A DNA stretch of 62,988 bases, the filler included, from Octopus bimaculoides (lineage: Eukaryota), in the NCBI RefSeq assembly GCF_001194135.2. It is 6 parts of 6 records of this genome, joined end to end, with 100 filler letters (N's around TTAATTAATTAA, not from the genome) between each part and the next. Parts side by side here need not be neighbours in the genome. Positions count along the whole stretch, not along the records: positions 46,324 to 61,551 come from NC_068992.1; positions 61,652 to 62,988 come from NW_026397930.1; 4 more parts are not named here. The stretch is one strand, 5' to 3'. This document shows, piece after piece, positions 50,738-62,988 of this stretch. The number at the start of each line of letters is the position of its first letter. The first letter of the stretch is position 1. Below the pieces are notes generated by a model that worked only from the letters and a program-made list of their open reading frames with translations, was not told the DNA's origin and did not search any database. Both the position numbers and the translations under genes were made by a program.

Positions 50738-53700
50738 GCTGCAAAATATACCACTGTCCTCACCTTCACCACTACAAAAACAACTACAATAAATACAACA
50801 ATTGAGGCAGCAGCTATCAAGCAATATTGAGAACAAAGGTTTGAGGCATTAATATTAATAAACTGACAGCCATAAGTGACGTCAGGGTTTTTGTTTTGTT
50901 TTTTGTTGCAACTTTTTTCCGCTTATGATTGTCATTGTCAACAATTGCATGTCGACATTACTGACATCATCACAAACCATCAACAACCATCACCAGCAAA
51001 ACTAATACCACGACCGATATCACCACCACCACCACCACCAACACCACCAACACCATCACCACCACTATCATCGTTCCAACAGCCGTTACAACCAATATTT
51101 ACGACTATCACTATGGCCACCACGGCCACCGACAATCACAATATCCCCTCACTCTGTCACTATGACTAATACTTCTTCAACCATCTATCAATAGATTAAT
51201 GTGTCGCTAGGTGTCACAAACACTCGTGTGCCTCTACAGTACCGCAATTATTGGACTCCATATTCATATTGCTATCATCCCAGCCTTTATCATCTCCGTC
51301 ACGCCCACTCATATACATAATTGAATTGTCTCGTCATCTACGCAAGAATTGTCAGCCGACGATGGTGTTTTTGAATGGGCCGTCGACCTATTAGAAATAG
51401 CAGCCAATTGGATCTCAAATCTCACGCTTTTTGTTAGAGGAGTACGCTTTAGATAATATAGGCCTCGTGTTCTTGCTCATGAGGACAACACACGAAATGG
51501 TCACATACGGAGAGGCTTTAGCACTACTAAATAACGGCTAGAATCTCCATTAATGCCACCGATTTTATAGATAGTAAATAAGAGGATACCTAGATGGATG
51601 TGATGATATCAGTAACAATGAAAACAAAAACAAAACCAATTGAATTGTGAAATTAATAAACTGCATTACACACACACATGCACACGCACATACACACACG
51701 CTCACACACACACACACACATATATATACATTATTTACAGGGGACAGGTAGGTGTCCTTACCTTGGTTGTTACCACAACGGTTCGGCTGATGTACTCTCC
51801 AGCCTTCATCTGTTCTGTTGGAATTTCTGATGGAATTTCGAACCCAATCCTTTATTTGACTAATGGAGTACTCTGTTCTCATTCCTAAGGTATGTTTTGC
51901 TGAAGTTATTTTTTCTGCTGATATTATTTCCCAAGTCCCTGCCTGGGATTCAACTCAGAATCCGAGGGTTAGTAGCCCGCGCTCTTATCCACCACGCTAT
52001 ATATAATTGTAGGCAAATAAAATATCTTGTATTTCTTTCCCAAGTTGTTTCTATCTGTGTATGTCTATGTGCGCTTGTGGTTTTGTTAGCAAAACGGTGG
52101 CGAGTTGGAAAAATTTTTAAGCATGTCAAATTAAAATACTTAACAGCATTTCGTCTTTACTTCATGTGTTTATCTTCCTCATAGGTCAATTCTCAATTTT
52201 TCCGGTTAGATAGATTAAGTACCAGCTGAGCCCTGGGGTAATGAACTTCCGGCTGCAATTGCTGCCATCGTACCAAATTTAAGAGGAAATAATATTCGCC
52301 TCAAATTTTGGCCTAAGGCCATCAGTTGCCGTATTTAACTGGCATTTATGTTATTGAACCCGAGGTAGAGTCAACAGGAAAACGTAAAGTCTGACGAAGA
52401 GTATTTTACCCGACATGCTAACGGTTTTTTGTAGTTCGCAGTAATATCATTTTCACATTTTGCCAAAAAGCCAGCAATATTGGAAGAGGTGGGGGGGACT
52501 AGTCGATTACACTGATCGCAGTGCACCTGTGTTCTTTATATTATCGATCCCGAAACCATGTGAGGTAAATACGACTTCGGTGAGATTTGAACTGAGAACG
52601 TAACGACCGACGAATTGCCGCTAAGCTTTTTATCTGGTGTGCTAAAGATTCAGCTAGATGGACGCATTAGCAAGTACGAATATTGGTTTCAAATTTTGGT
52701 ACAAGGCCAGCACGTCCGGTGAGGAGGCGGAGTAAGTCGCTTACATCATCCCCAGTGCTAAACTGGCATATATTTTTATCGACTCCAAAAGTATGAAAGT
52801 CGACCTCGGTGAAAGTTGAACTCAGAACGTCAAAACAGACGAAATACTGCTAAGCATTTCGCCTGGCGTGCTATGAATTCTGCCATCTTACCACCTTAGA
52901 AAGACATAATATTAATAATTATTTTCAACAACAGGCACAAAGCCTGGAATTTGCGGGGAGGAGCGTAGTCGATTACATCGACCCCTGTGTTTCACTGGTA
53001 CTTAATTTATCGACCCCGAAAGGATGAAAGGCAAAGCTGACCTCGGCAGAATTTGAACTCAGAACATAGCGGCAGACGAAATACCACGACGTATAATTAT
53101 TGTTATTAATATTACTTCTTCCTAAGGCAGTGAGCTGGCAGAATCATTAGCACGTGGGACAAAATACTTAGCGGTATTTCGTACATCACTACGTTCTGTG
53201 TTCAAATTTCCACCATTGTCGACATTTTCTTTTATCATTTCAGTGTCGAAAATTAAGTAGCAGTTCCGTACTGTTGTTGAACTAATCGACTGCCCCGCTC
53301 CCCCAAAATTTCGGGCCTTGTGCCTAGCGTAGAAAAGAATAATAATAATTATTACTTTTTAGGCGGCGAGCTAGCAGAAACGTTAGTACGCCGGGCGAAA
53401 TGCTTAACCGTATTTCGTCTGGCTTTATGTTCCGGGTTCAAATTCCGCCGAGGTCGACTTTGCCTTTTATCCTTTCGGGGTCGATAAATTAAGTATGATT
53501 TGACTACTGGAGTCGGTCTAATCGACTGGTCCTCTCCCCCAAAATTTCGAGCCTTGTGCCTAGAGTGGAAGAGAATAATTATTTCGTTGTATTACTTTCT
53601 CCATTGTTCCATATCCTGTAAGTTAAGGTTTCGGTATAACCGAGTAGATATAAGTTAGTAACCTAATTATATAGTGCAGTCGATATGGTTGGCCAAACAT

Positions 53701-54769
53701 TTAAATGAATTGCCTCAACCTGGCATTAGTTCCATGGCAGAAACTAGTAAATTGATATAAAATTAAGAAAGGAAATGAACACAAAAATTAGTCTTTTGTT
53801 TTCTTTTTGGTGGATGACGTGTTATAATCTTTCACCCGCATCTCCACTACCAACAGCGTTTATATTATTATTCATAAGACAGTTGTGGCCTCTAAAATGT
53901 TCGTTGTATACCTCCTACAATCACACTCAATCACTCTCTTCAATCAAACTCACTCCCATTGTTAATAATTCCACCATCACTACACACGACGCCATCAGCG
54001 TCAGCGGCAGCCCCACAACCGCCACCACCACTACTGCAACTACCACTACCGCATTCACCCCTACGGCAACCATCACCACCACCAACAACACCTGCGTCCA
54101 CCGATTGTCCTGTCAGCAGCAGCACCACCACAAGCGCCGCCAGTAATTTTACCAACGCCTTCAGCACCGCCACTTGCGGTACGAACACCAGCTTCACTGC
54201 CACCAGCGCCACCAGCAACACGACAACCATCGCCTCCACCACCACTACGAGTGCAACCTGCACCAGTACCAGTGCAACAAGCACCGCCATATGTGCCATC
54301 GGCACCCGCACCAGCCCCACTAGCGCCTGCACCATCACCATCGCTATCACCACTCCTACCAATACTACGACCACCACACTTTCAGCCTACGAAGTAACGA
54401 TGTTCTCTCTGAACTAAAACAGCTTGCAGCCACTTATTTTATTGTTCGTTGGGGTCACTAACACCCCCATGCGCCACCACAACCCTCACCATACAACCAC
54501 TTCTGCCTCAAACGTCATCAGTACTACTATGGAAAACCACGCCCATCATGGCGGCCATCAAACCATTCTTACCGACAACTTCACATCTACAGCCACCGCA
54601 AACAGCTATAATCACTACTACGACCTGGCATCACCATCACAACAATCAGCATTACAATTAACACAGCAACCACTACAAATGTCATTGCCACCACAACAAC
54701 CACTACTATGACCACCACCACCACCACCACTACTACTACTTCGAAGACTACTACTATGTCCACCACCAT

Positions 54770-54801
<32 letters not shown>

Positions 54802-54817
54802 TTACTACTTCGAAGAT

Positions 54818-54856
<39 letters not shown>

Positions 54857-56620
54857 GATTATACTGGATCACCAGTAATATTGGTTTCAAACTTTGGCAC
54901 ATGGTCTGCAAGTTTTGCCGAGTTCTAAATCTATTAAATCCATCCCAGTGCTCAACTAGTACTTATTTCATCGATCTCGAAAGGACAAAAGGCAAAGTCG
55001 ACTTTGGTGACATTAGAACTCTGAACGTAACGAAGGACACAATGCCGGTAATAATTTTGCTCAGTGTACTAACCATTCTGCCAGCTCTACGCTCTCCTGG
55101 CAGATTCGTTAGTAAACCGAGCGGAAAGCTTAGCGTATTTCTTCTTTCTTCACATTCTAGGTTCAAATTCTACGGAGGTCGATTTTTGCCTTTCGGCCTT
55201 TCGAAGTTGATAAAATAAATTCCAGTTGCGTACTTGGGTCGATGCAATTAACCTTCCTCTCTACTTCAAAATTGCTGGCCTGGTGCCAAATTTTGAAATC
55301 AATATTAAGGATGTGACATGAGCCGCAACACCTCATACGACGTAATATAGCGCTGAGTTCTTTATTTTTGGAAATAATTGACGAGATGGTCACAAATGGG
55401 CCTCTCATTTTATGCCTGCTATGCCTCGTCTGATAAGAGGCTAAACAGCAATACCTATTCTTTTACTACTATCATCAAACAAGGGAAATGCAATAATGCG
55501 CATGATGTCACTACCGTCTGACTCACCTCAACATCCCTGCCACCACACCTCACCCAGCACTTACATAGCATCTGCCATCCACCTCGATCGAACTTCCTAC
55601 GTAAAAGACAAAACTTTGATTCATATTCCTCCTCTCAATATATCAAGTGTTAACATGCTTCACCAAGTAACAAACAATAAAAAGGTAAAATCTTCAAGTG
55701 ACAAAGAAAACACCTGCATATATTAATCAATTAGTTTCGTTATTTCTATTTCATTATTCCATTTTCGTCTTCCAAGCACCTATTAAAATATTGCCTTATT
55801 ATACATTGTTAAATAGTCAGCCTCTACGTGGACATACGGTCTACAAGAAATGGGAATCAAATCACTCTTAATTTTCGCACCAGTGTTTTTGGAAAAGACA
55901 TTAGAGAATAGGGTCATGGGTAACCTACACATTGAAAAATGCGTGGTGGTCATAATTGGAATCTAAATGATCATGGGTCTGTTACACCAGAGTTCAACTG
56001 AAACTGAAAAATAGCAAAATAATTACCCTCAAAAGTTATATCTTAATTATTTTCTGGCCATTGTGGGAGCCTCATTCTTGCTTGATCTTCTAGAAATAGC
56101 AGTGAAAACTCTCGTAGGGTTTTTACGAAGACCAATGCAGAACATATCGGATAATGTAACATGAGGGTAAATTGTGTTGGTCCCGACCTAAATACGTTCG
56201 ATCATATCCGTTCGCTCAGATATCATTAGCAATAAAATTAGCAAAAAATATATGTGCTGCTTTTGCTACCGTTATTTCCAGAAGGACCTGATTTTTTTAG
56301 GGCTGAAAGAGCAGAAGCATTAAACTGAGGATATATTGTACTTCATAATGTACCAAAATGATATACTTCCATGGACGCTAACATAACAAGGAGTGCACGG
56401 GGCGGCGAGCTGGTAGAATCGCTAATTGGCTGGGCAAAATGCTTAGCGGCATTTTGTCTGTATTTCTCTTTTGAGTTGAAATTCCATCGAGGTCAAATTT
56501 ACCTTTCATCCTTTTAGGGTCGATAAAATAAATACCAGCCGAGAACTAGGGTCGGTGTAATCGTCTTATTCCCTTCCTCGGCATTACTGGCTTTATACCA
56601 AAATATGTAAGTAATATAAC
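48490..56620. mobile_element. Dense cluster of short SINE-like repeats (GGCGAGCTGGCAGAA...GTTCAAATTCCGCCGAGGTCGACTTTGCCTTT family)
   Basis: Ten or more copies in both orientations, e.g. 50240-50460, 52930-53090, 53361-53570, 55100-55310, 56400-56610. Confidence 0.8.
53975..54860. repeat. Long degenerate (ACC/ACT/GCA)n low-complexity region
   Basis: Direct reading; gives low-complexity ORFs in many frames on both strands. Confidence 0.85.
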
Positions 56621-56672
56621 AACTGCAAACCCGGTAGAGTTAGGATGTAATTATAGAAGTAACTCCTATTAT

Positions 56673-56782
56673 TACGAGATGTGTATGAAAAATCATGAGC
56701 CTCAAGAAAACAAAACATACTACAAGACTTCTAATGAAGGTACAAGATCGCTAGGCTCAAAACTTTTCATACAACCCTCGTA
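56673..56782. mobile_element. 110-bp mariner-derived MITE
   Basis: TA-CGAGATGTGTATGAAAAATCATGAGCCT ... AGGCTCAAAACTTTTCATACAACCCTCG-TA imperfect TIRs. Confidence 0.75.
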
Positions 56783-57394
56783 CGTTTTCGGTTTCAAGGA
56801 ATGTGACAGTGATAGATTAGTGGATACCGAATGTGGTTTCAATGACTCTCTAAGCCAACCTCTATTTCGAGGCAACAAAGAATAGCGATCGCCAGCCCTC
56901 TTTGTATGCATAAAGATTGCTTTAATCATATAAAGGCTGAAAAATTCCTTCAAATATGATTAATGCTTAATCTCATCTCTACCAGATGTTCAAATTTCAA
57001 AATGGCAAAAACAGAAGCTAAGTCAATGTTTACTTGCCATTAAGATGTGTATTTCTGGCTGTGATACTGAATTCTCTTTGATTTGTGAGTTTTCTCAGGT
57101 TCGTCAGCCTGGTCATTCTACTGTTCTTTTTTGAAACACTGCAGCCAATAATATATGAATGGCTAGAAGAATACACATCAGATATATAAATAAAAGTTCA
57201 TAGCAGAAAAGAATACATTGAGATCGTGTAAAATATAAAAAAATTTAGGGATTTGATGTCCAATGAAGAATTTTAGAATTATATCTGGAGCAGTAGACAA
57301 AAGTTGGGTTATGAAAATTCTGGAGGGAACACAAGTACGGAAGGTTGAATATACTTGCCACTCCTGAACTCATCGTATTGTCCTCGTACTTGCA

Positions 57395-57597
57395 TTTTCA
57401 ATTTTTGAAGTATGTGGAACGAATAGGGGCTGCAATAAGGGTGGAGCACTTGCGGAAAACAGCACTAATTGGAACCGCTCGAATACTCCGGATGGTGCTC
57501 GAAAAATAAGGGGTGTTACCTTAGTTCACTGGTAGTGAACAGCTGACACCGTAGTACATCTCCAGCGTTAGAATCTGGGCAAAGACAATAATAATAA

Positions 57598-57671
<74 letters not shown>

Positions 57672-57705
57672 TAATAATAATAATTACAATAATGATAATA
57701 ATAAC
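57395..57705 (+). mobile_element. 3' end of an R4/Dong-like LINE with long (AAT)n tail
   Basis: LKYVERIGAAIRVEHLRKTALIGTARILRMVLEK* followed by a short UTR and the trinucleotide tail. Confidence 0.8.
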
Positions 57706-59796
57706 ACCAGCAAAAAATACCTCAAGAATGAGGACCCAGTGTTAGGTTCAGAATTCTACAAGGAAAGCTGATGAAGCATTGCGGTAATAACAAACAACAA
57801 GATGAGGACACTTATCCATCCAATGTAAATAATGTATAGAATTCATTTCTAAAATATAGAACAGTAGCGATACCTATTTCAAAAATCTTTATGAGTTATC
57901 CAATCGTAAATTTCTACTCCAGAGTACTTTCTATCACTGAAATGCACTGAAATGAACTTATTCGTGAAGTTTATGAAAACAATAGAAAGTTTTCTTATTT
58001 TTTCAAATTTGAAGTTAGAAGATAGTAACTTTACCAAGAGCTAAAAGGTTATTAGGTTTAATGCCGTTTTCTCACTTGGAAAAGAACTTTAGTCAATAAG
58101 GTCAACAATTTATGAATACATGCACGCGTAATGTATAATTCATAATGCCGGAGAGAGAGGGTGCCAGCATGGTATTCATCAGGGAAATCGTCTCATGAAA
58201 ACACTGCTCGGAATTATTGAAAGCACAATTCAATATCATATTTGGTGTTTGTATGTATGTATGTATGTATGTATGTATGTATGTATAGCACTACGTGGTA
58301 TGTATGTGTAACAGCAAGTAGCTTCATAGAGATATCATTGAAAACAGCCTTCTGCATTCAGTGAGTTTATGATATTTGATGGTTCTGTAATTGTCTCTCC
58401 CTGTACATTACCAAGGGGCTCGATTTGGTTATCTATGTCAGTGCAGATTTATGTATCTCTGAAATCGAAAGCTGCTCAGTGCATCAATATTAATGCAAAT
58501 TCATTACCAAGAATTTCGTTTCAGGTTTTACTGATACGATTTATTTGTTCAATAAAAACAAAGCAAAAAATTTATGAATACGAGTACAAATTATATATAT
58601 ATATATATATATAACGCCATAAAGCTTTCTGATAAGAATGCTTTCGTAATATTTTACCAAATATAAGGTCTCAATAGACACCTGGTCTTCCAGTTATAAG
58701 TACACTGTTCTTCAATATTAAAACGAAGAGAGAATTTCTCACATATACAGAGAGTAATATAATATTTGACATTCGCAAAGTTATTGCGCGCGTTCACATT
58801 TTATCATAATTACATACAGAAACTCTGCGTCACATCATCTATAAAATACTTACAGAAATAGCCAGAGTAAAATAGTTCAAAGTAGTCATCTATACTATAT
58901 GACTGGTTTGATGTTCGATATTGATATACGTAGATGAATAAAATTTGATGGTAAATATGCAGTGTTTTCTTTCAACATTAACTTAGCTGTATCGGTTATA
59001 TTAACAACTAATATATTCTATTTTGGTAGAAAAATCTACATATTCTCATGCTATCAAGCACAGATAAAACGATTCTCATTTGTAATTTACTCACGTTTTT
59101 TTGTTAACGTAAAATGATGAAATTCATAATGAATTTCAAAATTGCAGTCTTCGATAACATTATAGTGTTAAAAGGAAAATAAAGGAAAATGTGTCTTAAA
59201 TGCCTGTTGGTGAATTCGGATGTATGTACAATCATAAATGTATATAAAATATGTATGTAGAAGGGACACATAATCGATAACATTCGATAAAATAACCGTG
59301 GCTAAATGGATATACGAGATTGGAAGCACCTCATTTCACTCACCAACTGCTATTGCGAGAAGCTTGATCATTAAAAGGTGTAGAAAAACAATGTTTATTC
59401 TTAGAAAATTAATATTTCAATCCAGAAAATAATTCGAATCCAATTTATTTTGTAATTATACGAGATTAAATAAGCTATTTTCAATTTAAAACGCCGTGCC
59501 TGCTTAGCAATAAGATAGCAGTAATGACAAGCTAATGGGAATATATACACAAACTTCAGGTTTATTCATACGATGTACTATTCACATCTTGTATACAATT
59601 TATAAATACATCGACTTCTCAGTCTAACTCTCTCAGTCTTTCTCTATCTCTTTCACACCCCCTTTCTCTCTCTCTCACCCCTGGCCAATTTCTCTCTGTA
59701 TGAAAATCTATCTATCTATCTATCTATCTATCTATATATCTATTTACGTACACGCGCATGTGCACACACACACACACACACACANNNNNNNNNNAC

Positions 59797-59829
<33 letters not shown>

Positions 59830-59898
59830 TACATGCATACATACATACATACATACATACATACATACATACATACATACATGCATGCATACAGAAAT

Positions 59899-60370
59899 GT
59901 ACAGGGTGTCTATAAATTACCTTTAAACATTTTAAAATTTAGAAAAACATAAAAATAGGAATAAATCAACAAAGTTTATTGTAAAAGATAGACAAAGAAA
60001 TAAGGTTTTAGTAGAAGTATGAAAACACTATCGATGTTGGTTCAATTGGCTGCACCCAGCTCAGTTATATGATGCTCAGATTCTGACCACGTTTGCTGGA
60101 GATATCCCCTCGATAATGCCGGATATGCCTCGGCGTATTTTGTCCTGCAGACCATTGAGGTTTTGAAATTTTTTACAATAGAATATGTCTTTAACGTTGC
60201 CCATTAAGAAGACGCCCAGAGGCGTAATATCTGGGGAGTAATGTGCTTACAGCACTCAGTCCAGCGGTTTTTGGAAAAATTCCATTACGAAAACCTCGAA
60301 ACCCAAGTCCCATGTGGCGGCGCACCACCTTGTTGAAAAATAATTGTTGGTTGCAAATGGGACAGCTGCA
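59899..60370 (-). mobile_element. Tc1/mariner-superfamily transposase remnant (maT/DD37D-like)
   Basis: FQQGGAPPH, decayed SPDITPL..F..G..KD segment, and TA-CAGGGTGTC terminal repeat at about 59899. Confidence 0.7.
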
Positions 60371-60556
60371 GTAAGACAACTTTAATAGATATAATACATA
60401 GTGTAAAGTGATCCTTCAGTTCCTACTGTTTATTATTACACTTATCGTAACTTGACACATTAAGAAACATAATTAAATATACGAGTACTGGTCAATAAGC
60501 AACAAGACTGGTACTATAAAAACAAATAACACGTAACAATTTGGCACTTAATCCCC

Positions 60557-60660
60557 TTAAAAGTAATCCCCATCAGAAAACCCACACATAAGCCAGCGCT
60601 GTTTCCATTGATAGAAGCATTCCTGAAACTCGTTTGCTGGGATAATCAGCAGCTGCCACG
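60557..60660 (-). mobile_element. Mariner transposase C-terminal fragment
   Basis: IPANEFQECFYQWKQRWLMCGFSDGDYF*. Confidence 0.8.
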
Positions 60661-60671
60661 TTGCATTCACT

Positions 60672-60714
<43 letters not shown>

Positions 60715-60970
60715 NNNNNNNNNNNNNNNNNNNNNNNNNNNNNNNNNNNNNNNNNNNNNNNNNNNNNNNNNNNNNNNNNNNNNNNNNNNNNNNNNNNNNN
60801 NNNNNNNNNNNNNNNNNNNNNNNNNNNNNNNNNNNNNNNNNNNNNNNNNNNNNNNNNNNNNNNNNNNNNNNNNNNNNNNNNNNNNNNNNNNNNNNNNNNN
60901 NNNNNNNNNNNNNNNNNNNNNNNNNNNNNNNNNNNNNNNNNNNNNNNNNNNNNNNNNNNNNNNNNNNNNN

Positions 60971-61002
<32 letters not shown>

Positions 61003-61289
61003 CATACATATATATAATCTTTTACTTGTTGCAGTCATTTCCCTGTGGCCATGCTGGGGCACCACCTTTTAGTCGAACAAATCAATCACAGGAGTTATAT
61101 TTTGTAAGCCTAGTACTTATTCTAATGCGAATAGATATTCGTATGTACGTTCATGGTTCTGTGAATAATAGATAGGTAGCTACAAAGGAGCATTAGTAAC
61201 ATGGTCTTCAAGGTTTTCGTCTACAGTCCTATCGATTGGGTATTAGATTTGCAGTTCGCGAATGTACGTGCAACATACACACACACAGA

Positions 61290-61325
<36 letters not shown>

Positions 61326-61492
61326 CACACAGAAACACACACGCACACACACACACATAGAAACAAATACACACATACACACACACACAGAGAAACACTC
61401 ACACACAGAAACACTCACACATATATATATATTCACATATATATATATAAATACAGACATCTTTATATATATACACATATATATATTTAAAC

Positions 61493-61551
<59 letters not shown>

Positions 61552-62111
61552 NNNNNNNNNNNNNNNNNNNNNNNNNNNNNNNNNNNNNNNNNNNNTTAAT
61601 TAATTAANNNNNNNNNNNNNNNNNNNNNNNNNNNNNNNNNNNNNNNNNNNNTGATCGGATCAACTGGAACCCTCGACGTCGTAAGCAACGGAGTGCCATC
61701 AAAATAAGAGACCCATCCAGTTTCATAAAATAATGCTAACTCTTTTGTCCTTTCGACACAGAACCGTATACTTATACATTGGGAAAGACAAAACTTCTCG
61801 TCAGCTTTGGGGCAAAATAGATGGAAATATGAAGCGTTTAGTGAGTTAAGTATTATATAAAGATACACATATACATACATTCACAAACATATCCGCGTAC
61901 GTATATAAACATTTATGTTTTATGATAGATCAATAGCTACTACACATTCTTTTTTTTTTCTCTCCTTGTTTCTTCCTGTGTTCCTTTCTGTGGCAGAGCG
62001 TAGGCTCGAAACGTGAAAGATTTTCTCACTTCCCGAGAGTTATACTAATACATCTGTTTGTTGCCTACACCACCTGTCATCATCTTTTGGTTCTTTTTTT
62101 CGTGAATTCTC

Positions 62112-62161
<50 letters not shown>

Positions 62162-62374
62162 CAAACACACAGACACTGTATTTGTACGTGTGTAATGTGT
62201 GTAGTTACGAAGGTGGGCTGACTATGAAGGAATAGTGCTAAAGCTGTAAACTTTTGCTTGCATAAATTTCACCTCTTCTTATTAATAATGCGTTGTTTTC
62301 TTTTCCCCGTGTAAACTAATATCTAAGTGTTCAAAGAAGATTACAAATGTAACTAGTAGCGACTTTTCTTAAAC

Positions 62375-62722
62375 GTTGACAAAATTTGGCATCGTGGTTT
62401 TGTCAAGTACCTTCACAAAAATCGTTTAGACCCCCCAAGGACGTTCACACTCATATGGTTGCTACATTAGTGGGTGACACTCCAGTTTTATCACCAGTGA
62501 AAAAAGAGGGCGCTCGAATTTAGGAAGGGAAACGGAGAGTCTTAAAGCTGACCCAAGATCTGGACGTTCTGTAACTGCCACCACCGAGGAAAACATCAAT
62601 CGGGTTCCCCACATGAGGATGGATTAAAGGCAATTGATTATGAATCAAATTGCCAAAGCTATCAGCATATCCCGTGAGATATTTGAGAATATTCAGCGCA
62701 ATGAACTTGGCATGACGAAGGC
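62375..62722 (+). mobile_element. Mariner transposase N-terminal (HTH) fragment
   Basis: DKIWHRGFVKYLHK...DPRSGRSVTATTEENINRV...ELGMTK, with frameshifts. Confidence 0.85.
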
Positions 62723-62988
62723 TACATACACATACGCGTTTCAGTTTGCTGATCGATTCAGAAACACATACACGCATTTCTGTTAAATTTCGAGGAAGCA
62801 GTGTTTCGGTTATAGAATACACCGCCACATAATATGCACGCGCACGCACGCACACATGCGCGTATGTCTGTCTGTGTGTGTGTGTGTGTGTGTTTACGCA
62901 CTTGGGAATATCACCATTTAATTTAAAGATTATTCAAAATAATATAAACAGATACATGCATATATGCATACATATATATATATATATA

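Noticed and set aside
51762-51884. Apparent minus exon with a GTAAG donor and a hammerhead-like CAGATGA...GAACC
   Set aside because: Related repeat text recurs at 57770-57835; both core boxes are mutated and stem I is absent
53940-54911. Mucin-like Thr/Ser-rich ORFs
   Set aside because: Degenerate trinucleotide tract open in many frames on both strands; no convincing splice boundaries

Overview
Repeat-dense, microsatellite-rich animal genomic scaffold with many N-gaps. The SINE families, Penelope/RTE/R4-type LINE fragments and mariner remnants look like Octopus (cephalopod) DNA; this is inferred from recognising the repeats, not from a search. The one clear host gene is on the minus strand. 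I traced 14 phase-compatible GT-AG exons from 43669 to 27214 (one partly inside a gap) and two probable further exons at 18.9 kb and 8.8 kb. They encode EGF-EGF-LamG/pentraxin-EGF-like-HYR-sushi-like-linker-3x ephrin-receptor-like (GCC2/GCC3) modules, a SVEP1/uninflatable-like extracellular protein lacking both ends in this window. Nearly all other ORFs in the track are microsatellite or transposon artefacts. Most notable: two type-I hammerhead ribozyme motifs antisense to the gene (36151-36245, 5797-5842); an ORF1-only (HAL1-like) LINE derivative; an 88/89-bp intronic hairpin 78 nt from an exon plus several foldback elements; and a sharp CpG-decay boundary near 44.4 kb that coincides with an artificial TTAATTAATTAA-padded scaffold gap.
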